Assembly: GCA_964057225.1 (NCBI GenBank)
Contig: OZ059894.1
Coordinates: 558,001-622,000, forward strand
From: Auanema rhodensis
Lineage: Eukaryota > Animalia > Nematoda
Direction of reading: 5' to 3'
Length of the DNA: 64,000 nucleotides
Shown here: positions 1 to 11,967 of the stretch, one piece after another
Layout: every line of letters starts with the position of its first letter
Numbering within the stretch: position 1 is the first letter of the stretch
The notes under the pieces: model-generated
The model's database searches: none
What the model was told of the DNA's origin: nothing
What the model saw: only the letters and a program-made list of their open reading frames with translations
Program-made: the position numbers and the translations under genes

Positions 1-176
1 AATTTTGAAAACCGCATCTCTTTATCTTTCACGTGAAGCGAGTTACATACCAAGTGCACATCACGTGTACATTTAATTAGCATAAATTAAAGTTCACGTA
101 AATTTCAAAGTCATGGTTACCATGCACCAATATCAATAAAAATTTGTTTTTAGACTAATATGGACATGGGGAATCT
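1..176 (+). repeat. Reference consensus-type monomer (arbitrary phase)
   Basis: The first 176 bases carry the majority base at the variable sites, and the C allele at the dimorphic position 125. Confidence 0.95.
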
Positions 177-2992
177 AATTTTGAAAACCGCATCTCTTTA
201 TCTTTCACGTGAAGCTAGTTACATACCAAGTGCACATCACGTGTACATTTAATTAGCATAAATTAAAGTTCACGTAAATTTCAAAGTCATGGTTACCATG
301 AACCAATATCAATAAAAATTTGTTTTTAGACTAATATGGACATGGGGAATCTAATTTTGAAAACCGCATCTCTTTATCTTTCACGTGAAGCGAGTTACAT
401 ACCAAGTGCACATCACGTGTACATTTAATTAGCATAAATTAAAGTTCACGTAAATTTCAAAGTCATGGTTACCATGCACCAATATCAATAAAAATTTGTT
501 TTTAGACTAATATGGACATGGGGAATCTAATTTTGAAAACCGCATCTCTTTATCTTTCACGTGAAGCGAGTTACATACCAAGTGCACATCACGTGTACAT
601 TTAATTAGCATAAATTAAAGTTCACGTAAATTTCAAAGTCATGGTTACCATGCACCAATATCAATAAAACTTTGTTTTTAGACTAATATGGACATGGGGA
701 ATCTAATTTTGAAAACCGCATCTCTTTATCTTTCACGTGAAGCGAGCTACATACCAAGTGCACATCACGTGTACATTTAATTAGCATAAATTAAAGTTCA
801 CGTAAATTTCAAAGTCATGGTTACCATGAACCAATATCAATAAAAATTTGTTTTTAGACTAATATGGACATGGGGAATCTAATTTTGAAAACCGCATCTC
901 TTTATCTTTCACGTGAAGCGAGTTACATACCAAGTGCACATCACGTGTACATTTAATTAGCATAAATTAAAGTTCACGTAAATTTCAAAGTCATGGTTAC
1001 CATGAACCAATATCAATAAAAATTTGTTTTTAGACTAATATGGACATGGGGAATCTAATTTTGAAAACCGCATCTCTTTATCTTTCACGTGAAGCGAGTT
1101 ACATACCAAGTGCACATCACGTGTACATTTAATTAGCATAAATTAAAGTTCACGTAAATTTCAAAGTCATGGTTACCATGCACCAATATCAATAAAACTT
1201 TGTTTTTAGACTAATATGGACATGGGGAATCTAATTTTGAAAACCGCATCTCTTTATCTTTCACGTGAAGCAAGTTACATACCAAGTGCACATCACGTGT
1301 ACATTTAATTAGCATAAATTAAAGTTCACGTAAATTTCAAAGTCATGGTTACCATGCACCAATATCAATAAAAATTTGTTTTTAGACTAATATGGACATG
1401 GGGAATCTAATTTTGAAAACCGCATCTCTTTATCTTTCACGTGAAGCGAGTTACATACCAAGTGCACATCACGTGTACATTTAATTAGCATAAATTAAAG
1501 TTCACGTAAATTTCAAAGTCATGGTTACCATGAACCAATATCAATAAAAATTTGTTTTTAGACTAATATGGACATGGGGAATCTAATTTTGAAAACCGCA
1601 TCTCTTTATCTTTCACGTGAAGCGAGTTACATACCAAGTGCACATCACGTGTACATTTAATTAGCATAAATTAAAGTTCACGTAAATTTCAAAGTCATGG
1701 TTATCATGCACCAATATCAATAAAACTTTGTTTTTAGACTAATATGGACATGGGGAATCTAATTTTGAAAACCGCATCTCTTTATCTTTCACGTGAAGCG
1801 AGTTACATACCAAGTGCACATCACGTGTACATTTAATTAGCATAAATTAAAGTTCACGTAAATTTCAAAGTCATGGTTACCATGCACCAATATCAATAAA
1901 AATTTGTTTTTAGACTAATATGGACATGGGGAATCTAATTTTGAAAACCGCATCTCTTTATCTTTCACGTGAAGCGAGTTACATACCAAGTGCACATCAC
2001 GTGTACATTTAATTAGCATAAATTAAAGTTCACGTAAATTTCAAAGTCATGGTTACCATGCACCAATATCAATAAAAATTTGTTTTTAGACTAATATGGA
2101 CATGGGGAATCTAATTTTGAAAACCGCATCTCTTTATCTTTCACGTGAAGCTAGTTACATACCAAGTGCACATCACGTGTACATTTAATTAGCATAAATT
2201 AAAGTTCACGTAAATTTCAAAGTCATGGTTACCATGAACCAATATCAATAAAAATTTGTTTTTAGACTAATATGGACATGGGGAATCTAATTTTGAAAAC
2301 CGCATCTCTTTATCTTTCACGTGAAGCGAGTTACATACCAAGTGCACATCACGTGTACATTTAATTAGCATAAATTAAAGTTCACGTAAATTTCAAAGTC
2401 ATGGTTACCATGCACCAATATCAATAAAAATTTGTTTTTAGACTAATATGGACATGGGGAATCTAATTTTGAAAACCGCATCTCTTTATCTTTCACGTGA
2501 AGCGAGTTACATACCAAGTGCACATCACGTGTACATTTAATTAGCATAAATTAAAGTTCACGTAAATTTCAAAGTCATGGTTACCATGAACCAATATCAA
2601 TAAAAATTTGTTTTTAGACTAATATGGACATGGGGAATCTAATTTTGAAAACCGCATCTCTTTATCTTTCACGTGAAGCGAGTTACATACCAAGTGCACA
2701 TCACGTGTACATTTAATTAGCATAAATTAAAGTTCACGTAAATTTCAAAGTCATGGTTACCATGCACCAATATCAATAAAAATTTGTTTTTAGACTAATA
2801 TGGACATGGGGAATCTAATTTTGAAAACCGCATCTCTTTATCTTTCACGTGAAGCGAGTTACATACCAAGTGCACATCACGTGTACATTTAATTAGCATA
2901 AATTAAAGTTCACGTAAATTTCAAAGTCATGGTTACCATGCACCAATATCAATAAAAATTTGTTTTTAGACTAATATGGACATGGGGAATCT

Positions 2993-5900
2993 AATTTTGA
3001 AAACCGCATCTCTTTATCTTTCACGTGAAGCGAGTTACATACCAAGTGCACATCACGTGTACATTTAATTAGCATAAATTAAAGTTCACGTAAATTTCAA
3101 AGTCATGGTTACCATGAACCAATATCAATAAAAATTTGTTTTTAGACTAATATGGACATGAGGAATCTAATTTTGAAAACCGCATCTCTTTATCTTCCAC
3201 GTGAAGCGAGTTACATACCAAGTGCACATCACGTGTACATTTAATTAGCATAAATTAAAGTTCACGTAAATTTCAAAGTCATGGTTACCATGAACCAATA
3301 TCAATAAAGATTTGTTTTTAGACTAATATGGACATGGGGAATCTAATTTTGAAAACCGCATCTCTTTATCTTGCAAGTGAAGCGAGTTACATACCAAGTG
3401 CACATCACGTGTACATTTAATTAGCATAAATTAAAGTTCACGTAAATTTCAAAGTCATGGTTACCATGCACCAATATCAATAAAAATTTGTTTTTAGACT
3501 AATATGGACATGGGGAATCTAATTTTGAAAACCGCATCTCTTTATCTTTCACGTGAAGCGAGTTACATACCAAGTGCACATCACGTGTACATTTAATTAG
3601 CATAAATTAAAGTTCACGTAAATTTCAAAGTCATGGTTACCATGAACCAATATCAATAAAAATTTGTTTTTAGACTAATATGGACATGGGGAATCTAATT
3701 TTGAAAACCGCATCTCTTTATCTTTCACGTGAAGCGAGTTACATACCAAGTGCACATCACGTGTACATTTAATTAGCATAAATTAAAGTTCACGTAAATT
3801 TCAAAGTCATGGTTACCATGCACCAATATCAATAAAAATTTGTTTTTAGACTAATATGGACATGGGGAATCTAATTTTGAAAACCGCATCTCTTTATCTT
3901 TCACGTGAAGCGAGTTACATACCAAGTGCACATCACGTGTACATTTAATTAGCATAAATTAAAGTTCACGTAATTTTCAAAGACATGGTTACCATGAACC
4001 AATATCAATAAAAATTTGTTTTTAGACTAATATGGACATGGGGAATCTAATTTTGAAAACCGCATCTCTTTATCTTTCACGTGAAGCGAGCTACATACCA
4101 AGTGCACATCACGTGTACATTTAATTAGCATAAATTAAAGTTCACGTAAATTTCAAAGTCATGGTTACCATGCACCAATATCAATAAAAATTTGTTTTTA
4201 GACTTATATGGACATGGGGAATCTAATTTTGAAAACCGCATCTCTTTATCTTTCACGTGAAGCGAGTTACATACCAAGTGCACATCACGTGTACATTTAA
4301 TTAGCATAAATTAAAGTTCACGTAAATTTCAAAGTCATGGTTACCATGAACCAATATCAATAAAAATTTGTTTTTAGACTAATATGGACATGGGGAATCT
4401 AATTTTGAAAACCGCATCTCTTTATCTTTCACGTGAAGCGAGCTACATACCAAGTGCACATCACGTGTACATTTAATTAGCATAAATTAAAGTTCACGTA
4501 AATTTCAAAGTCATGGTTACCATGCACCAATATCAATAAAAATTTGTTTTTAGACTAATATGGACATGGGGAATCTAATTTTGAAAACCGCATCTCTTCA
4601 TCTTTCACGTGAAGCGAGTTACATACCAAGTGCACATCACGAGTACATTTAATTAGCATAAATTAAAGTTCACGTAAATTTCAAAGTCATGGTTACCATG
4701 CACCAATATCAATAAAACTTTGTTTTTAGACTAATATGGACATGGGGAATCTAATTTTGAAAACCGCATATCTTTATCTTTCACGTGAAGCGAGTTACAT
4801 ACCAAGTGCACATCACGTGTACATTTAATTAGCATAAATTAAAGTTCACGTAAATTTCAAAGTCATGGTTACCATGCACCAATATCAATAAAAATTTGTT
4901 TTTAGACTAATATGGACATGGGGAATCTAATTTTGAAAACCGCATCTCTTTATCTTTCACGTGAAGCGAGCTACATACCAAGTGCACATCACGTGTACAT
5001 TTAATTAGCATAAATTAAAGTTCACGTAAATTTCAAAGTCATGGTTACCATGAACCAATATCAATAAAGATTTGTTTTTAGACTAATATGGACATGGGGA
5101 ATCTAATTTTGAAAACCGCATCTCTTTATCTTTCAAGTGAAGCGAGTTACATACCAAGTGCACATCACGTGTACATTTAATTAGCATAAATTAAAGTTCA
5201 CGTAAATTTCAAAGTCATGGTTACCATGCACCAATATCAATAAAAATTTGTTTTTAGACTAATATGGACATGGGGAATCTAATTTTGAAAACCGCATCTC
5301 TTTATCTTTCACGTGAAGCGAGTTACATACCAAGTGCACATCAGGTGTGCATTTAATTAGCATAAATTAAAGTTCACGTAATTTTCAAAGACATGGTTAC
5401 CATGAACCAATATCAATAAAATATTGTTTTTAGACTAATATGGACATGGGGAATCCAATTTTGAAAACCGCATCTCTTCATCTTTCACGTGAAGCGAGTT
5501 ACATACCAAGTGCACATCACGTGTACATTTAATTAGCATAAATTAAAGTTCACGTAATTTTCAAAGACATGGTTACCATGAACCAATATCAATAAAAATT
5601 TGTTTTTAGACTAATATGGACATGGGGAATCTAATTTTGAAAACCGCATCTCTTTATCTTTCACGTGAAGCGAGTTACATACCAAGTGCACATCACGTGT
5701 ACATTTAATTAGCATAAATTAAAGTTCACGTAAATTTCAAAGTCATGGTTACCATGAACCAATATCAATAAAAATTTGTTTTTAGACTAATATGGACATG
5801 GGGAATCTAATTTTGAAAACCGCATCTCTTTATCTTTCACGTGAAGCAAGTTACATACCAAGTGCACATCACGTGTACATTTAATTAGCATAAATTAAAG

Positions 5901-8900
5901 TTCACGTAAATTTCAAAGTCATGGTTACCATGCACCAATATCAATAAAAATTTGTTTTTAGACTAATATGGACATGGGGAATCTAATTTTGAAAACCGCA
6001 TCTCTTTATCTTTCACGTGAAGCGAGTTACATACCAAGTGCACATCACGTGTACATTTAATTAGCATAAATTAAAGTTCACGTAATTTTCAAAGACATGG
6101 TTACCATGAACCAATATCAATAAAAATTTGTTTTTAGACTAATATGGACATGGGGAATCTAATTTTGAAAACCGCATCTCTTTATCTTTCACGTGAAGCG
6201 AGTTACATACCAAGTGCACATCACGTGTACATTTAATTAGCATAAATTAAAGTTCACGTAAATTTCAAAGTCATGGTTACCATGCACCAATATCAATAAA
6301 AATTTGTTTTTAGACTAATATGGACATGGGGAATCTAATTTTGAAAACCGCATCTCTTTATCTTTCACGTGAAGCGAGTTACATACCAAGTGCACATCAC
6401 GTGTACATTTAATTAGCATAAATTAAAGTTCACGTAATTTTCAAAGACATGGTTACCATGAACCAATATCAATAAAAATTTGTTTTTAGACTAATATGGA
6501 CATGGGGAATCTAATTTTGAAAACCGCATCTCTTTATCTTTCACGTGAAGCGAGTTACATACCAAGTGCACATCACGTGTACATTTAATTAGCATAAATT
6601 AAAGTTCACGTAAATTTCAAAGTCATGGTTACCATGAACCAATATCAATAAAAATTTGTTTTTAGACTAATATGGACATGAGGAATCTAATTTTGAAAAC
6701 CGCATCTCTTTATCTTCCACGTGAAGCGAGTTACATACCAAGTGCACATCACGTGTACATTTAATTAGCATAAATTAAAGTTCACGTAAATTTCAAAGTC
6801 ATGGTTACCATGAACCAATATCAATAAAGATTTGTTTTTAGACTAATATGGACATGGGGAATCTAATTTTGAAAACCGCATCTCTTTATCTTTCAAGTGA
6901 AGCGAGTTACATACCAAGTGCACATCACGTGTACATTTAATTAGCATAAATTAAAGTTCACGTAAATTTCAAAGTCATGGTTACCATGCACCAATATCAA
7001 TAAAAATTTGTTTTTAGACTAATATGGACATGGGGAATCTAATTTTGAAAACCGCATCTCTTTATCTTTCACGTGAAGCGAGTTACATACCAAGTGCACA
7101 TCACGTGTACATTTAATTAGCATAAATTAAAGTTCACGTAAATTTCAAAGTCATGGTTACCATGAACCAATATCAATAAAAATTTGTTTTTAGACTAATA
7201 TGGACATGGGGAATCTAATTTTGAAAACCGCATCTCTTTATCTTTCACGTGAAGCGAGTTACATACCAAGTGCACATCACGTGTACATTTAATTAGCATA
7301 AATTAAAGTTCACGTAAATTTCAAAGTCATGGTTACCATGCACCAATATCAATAAAAATTTGTTTTTAGACTAATATGGACATGGGGAATCTAATTTTGA
7401 AAACCGCATCTCTTTATCTTTCACGTGAAGCGAGTTACATACCAAGTGCACATCACGTGTACATTTAATTAGCATAAATTAAAGTTCACGTAATTTTCAA
7501 AGACATGGTTACCATGAACCAATATCAATAAAAATTTGTTTTTAGACTAATATGGACATGGGGAATCTAATTTTGAAAACCGCATCTCTTTATCTTTCAC
7601 GTGAAGCGAGCTACATACCAAGTGCACATCACGTGTACATTTAATTAGCATAAATTAAAGTTCACGTAAATTTCAAAGTCATGGTTACCATGCACCAATA
7701 TCAATAAAAATTTGTTTTTAGACTAATATGGACATGGGGAATCTAATTTTGAAAACCGCATCTCTTTATCTTTCACGTGAAGCGAGTTACATACCAAGTG
7801 CACATCACGTGTACATTTAATTAGCATAAATTAAAGTTCACGTAAATTTCAAAGTCATGGTTACCATGAACCAATATCAATAAAAATTTGTTTTTAGACT
7901 AATATGGACATGGGGAATCTAATTTTGAAAACCGCATCTCTTTATCTTTCACGTGAAGCGAGTTACATACCAAGTGCACATCACGTGTACATTTAATTAG
8001 CATAAATTAAAGTTCACGTAAATTTCAAAGTCATGGTTACCATGCACCAATATCAATAAAAATTTGTTTTTAGACTAATATGGACATGGGGAATCTAATT
8101 TTGAAAACCGCATCTCTTCATCTTTCACGTGAAGCGAGTTACATACCAAGTGCACATCACGAGTACATTTAATTAGCATAAATTAAAGTTCACGTAAATT
8201 TCAAAGTCATGGTTACCATGCACCAATATCAATAAAACTTTGTTTTTAGACTAATATGGACATGGGGAATCTAATTTTGAAAACCGCATATCTTTATCTT
8301 TCACGTGAAGCGAGTTACATACCAAGTGCACATCACGTGTACATTTAATTAGCATAAATTAAAGTTCACGTAAATTTCAAAGTCATGGTTACCATGCACC
8401 AATATCAATAAAAATTTGTTTTTAGACTAATATGGACATGGGGAATCTAATTTTGAAAACCGCATCTCTTTATCTTTCACGTGAAGCGAGTTACATACCA
8501 AGTGCACATCACGTGTACATTTAATTAGCATAAATTAAAGTTCACGTAAATTTCAAAGTCATGGTTACCATGAACCAATATCAATAAAGATTTGTTTTTA
8601 GACTAATATGGACATGGGGAATCTAATTTTGAAAACCGCATCTCTTTATCTTTCAAGTGAAGCGAGTTACATACCAAGTGCACATCACGTGTACATTTAA
8701 TTAGCATAAATTAAAGTTCACGTAAATTTCAAAGTCATGGTTACCATTCACCAATATCAATAAAAATTTGTTTTTAGACTAATATGGACATGGGGAATCT
8801 AATTTTGAAAACCGCATCTCTTTATCTTTCACGTGAAGCGAGTTACATACCAAGTGCACATCAGGTGTGCATTTAATTAGCATAAATTAAAGTTCACGTA

Positions 8901-10384
8901 ATTTTCAAAGACATGGTTACCATGAACCAATATCAATAAAAATTTGTTTTTAGACTAATATGGACATGGGGAATCTAATTTTGAAAACCGCATCTCTTCA
9001 TCTTTCACGTGAAGCGAGTTACATACCAAGTGCACATCACGAGTACATTTAATTAGCATAAATTAAAGTTCACGTAAATTTCAAAGTCATGGTTACCATG
9101 CACCAATATCAATAAAACTTTGTTTTTAGACTAATATGGACATGGGGAATCTAATTTTGAAAACCGCATATCTTTATCTTTCACGTGAAGCGAGTTACAT
9201 ACCAAGTGCACATCACGTGTACATTTAATTAGCATAAATTAAAGTTCACGTAAATTTCAAAGTCATGGTTACCATGCACCAATATCAATAAAAATTTGTT
9301 TTTAGACTAATATGGACATGGGGAATCTAATTTTGAAAACCGCATCTCTTTATCTTTCACGTGAAGCGAGTTACATACCAAGTGCACATCACGTGTACAT
9401 TTAATTAGCATAAATTAAAGTTCACGTAAATTTCAAAGTCATGGTTACCATGAACCAATATCAATAAAGATTTGTTTTTAGACTAATATGGACATGGGGA
9501 ATCTAATTTTGAAAACCGCATCTCTTTATCTTTCAAGTGAAGCGAGTTACATACCAAGTGCACATCACGTGTACATTTAATTAGCATAAATTAAAGTTCA
9601 CGTAAATTTCAAAGTCATGGTTACCATTCACCAATATCAATAAAAATTTGTTTTTAGACTAATATGGACATGGGGAATCTAATTTTGAAAACCGCATCTC
9701 TTTATCTTTCACGTGAAGCGAGTTACATACCAAGTGCACATCAGGTGTGCATTTAATTAGCATAAATTAAAGTTCACGTAATTTTCAAAGACATGGTTAC
9801 CATGAACCAATATCAATAAAAATTTGTTTTTAGACTAATATGGACATGGGGAATCCAATTTTGAAAACCGCATCTCTTCATCTTTCACGTGAAGCGAGTT
9901 ACATACCAAGTGCACATCACGTGTACATTTAATTAGCATAAATTAAAGTTCACGTAATTTTCAAAGACATGGTTACCATGAACCAATATCAATAAAAATT
10001 TGTTTTTAGACTAATATGGACATGGGGAATCTAATTTTGAAAACCGCATCTCTTTATCTTTCACGTGAAGCGAGTTACATACCAAGTGCACATCACGTGT
10101 ACATTTAATTAGCATAAATTAAAGTTCACGTAAATTTCAAAGTCATGGTTACCATGAACCAATATCAATAAAAATTTGTTTTTAGACTAATATGGACATG
10201 GGGAATCTAATTTTGAAAACCGCATCTCTTTATCTTTCACGTGAAGCAAGTTACATACCAAGTGCACATCACGTGTACATTTAATTAGCATAAATTAAAG
10301 TTCACGTAAATTTCAAAGTCATGGTTACCATGCACCAATATCAATAAAAATTTGTTTTTAGACTAATATGGACATGGGGAATCT
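2993..10384. repeat. 20-monomer (3520-bp) higher-order duplication; the second copy contains an extra 5-mer
   Basis: Shared rare variants at a 3520 offset: ATGAGGA 3161/6681, TAAAGA 3309/6829, CTTCA 4599/8119, GAGTAC 4642/8162, CAGGTGTGC ~5344/8864. Confidence 0.85.
8097..9856. repeat. 5-monomer (880-bp) tandem duplication nested in the second 20-mer copy
   Basis: CTTCA 8119/8999, GCATA 8290/9170, TAAAGA 8589/9469, CCATTCA 8748/9628 and CAGGTGTGC 8864/9744 all lie at an 880 offset. Confidence 0.9.
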
Positions 10385-11967
10385 AATTTTGAAAACCGCA
10401 TCTCTTTATCTTTCACGTGAAGCGAGTTACATACCAAGTGCACATCACGTGTACATTTAATTAGCATAAATTAAAGTTCACGTAAATTTCAAAGTCATGG
10501 TTACCATGAACCAATATCAATAAAAATTTGTTTTTAGACTAATATGGACATGGGGAATCTAATTTTGAAAACCACATCTCTTTATCTTTCACGTGAAGCG
10601 AGTTACATACCAAGTGCACATCACGTGTACATTTAATTAGCATAAATTAAAGTTCACGTAAATTTCAAAGTCATGGTTACCATGAACCAATATCAATAAA
10701 AATTTGTTTTTAGACTAATATGGACATGGGGAATCTAATTTTGAAAACCGCATCTCTTTATCTTCCACGTGAAGCGAGTTACATACCAAGTGCACATCAC
10801 GTGTACATTTAATTAGCATAAATTAAAGTTCACGTAAATTTCAAAGTCATGGTTACCATGAACCAATATCAATAAAAATTTGTTTTTAGACTAATATGGA
10901 CATGGGGAATCTAATTTTGAAAACCGCATCTCTTTATCTTTCACGTGAAGCGAGTTACATACCAAGTGCACATCACGTGTACATTTAATTAGCATAAATT
11001 GAAGTTCACGTAAATTTCAAAGTCATGGTTACCATGCACCAATATCAATAAAAATTCGTTTTTAGACTAATATGGACATGGGGAATCTAATTTTGAAAAC
11101 CGCATCTTTTTATCTTTCACGTGAAGCGAGTTACATACCAAGTGCACATCAGGTGTACATTTAATTAGCATAAATTAAAGTTCACGTAAATTTCAAAGTC
11201 ATGGTTACCATGCACCAATATCAATAAAAATTTGTTTTTAGACTAATATGGACATGGGGAATCTAATTTTGAAAACCGCATCTCTTTATCTTTCACGTGA
11301 AGCGAGTTACATACCAAGTGCACATCACGTGTACATTTAATTAGCATAAATTAAAGTTCACGTAAATTTCAAAGTCATGGTTACCATGCACCAATATCAA
11401 TAAAAATTTGTTTTTAGACTAATATGGACATGGGGAATCTAATTTTGAAAACCGCATCTCTTTATCTTTCACGTGAAGCTAGTTACATACCAAGTGCACA
11501 TCACGTGTACATTTAATTAGCATAAATTGAAGTTCACGTAAATTTCAAAGTCATGGTTACCATGCACCAATATCAATAACAATTTGTTTTAGACTAATAT
11601 GGACATGGGGAATCTAATTTTGAAAACCGCATCTCTTTATCTCTCACGTGAAGCGAGTTACATACCAAGTGCACATCACGTGTACATTTAATTAGCATAA
11701 ATTAAAGTTCACGTAAATTTCAAAGTCATGGTTACCATGAACCAATATCAATAAAGATTTGTTTTTAGACTAATATGGACATGGGGAATCTAATTTTGAA
11801 AACCGCATCTCTTTATCTTTCAAGTGAAGCGAGTTACATACCAAGTGCACATCACGTGTACATTTAATTAGCATAAATTAAAGTTCACGTAAATTTCAAA
11901 GTCATGGTTACCATGCACCAATATCAATAAAAATTTGTTTTTAGACTAATATGGACATGGGGAATCT

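Noticed and set aside
135-140. AATAAA polyadenylation signal and G-boxes read as a promoter/terminator
   Set aside because: Such motifs are expected in AT-rich DNA and repeat with every monomer; there is no transcription unit to serve.
60-153. Resemblance to a budding-yeast point centromere (ATCACGTG as CDEI, ~77-bp spacer, then TGTTTTT like the start of CDEIII)
   Set aside because: The spacer is only about 75% AT (CDEII is above 90%), the essential TTCCGAA core of CDEIII is missing, and point centromeres are not tandemly arrayed.
1-176. CENP-B box, telomeric repeat, or 5S rRNA/tRNA/snRNA tandem gene unit
   Set aside because: I found no TTCG-N4-A-N2-CGGG match, no telomere motif, and no recognisable RNA gene or Pol III box pattern.
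1-176. Assignment to a named satellite of similar size (e.g. Brassica CentBr, Arabidopsis CEN178, alpha satellite)
   Set aside because: Only the length is similar. I do not recognise sequence similarity and cannot run a search.
4125-4307. 60-aa minus-strand ORF from the supplied track
   Set aside because: It exists only because a private A>T at 4205 (GACTAA>GACTTA) turns a TAG stop into AAG in one satellite monomer. It has no recognisable domain or gene context.
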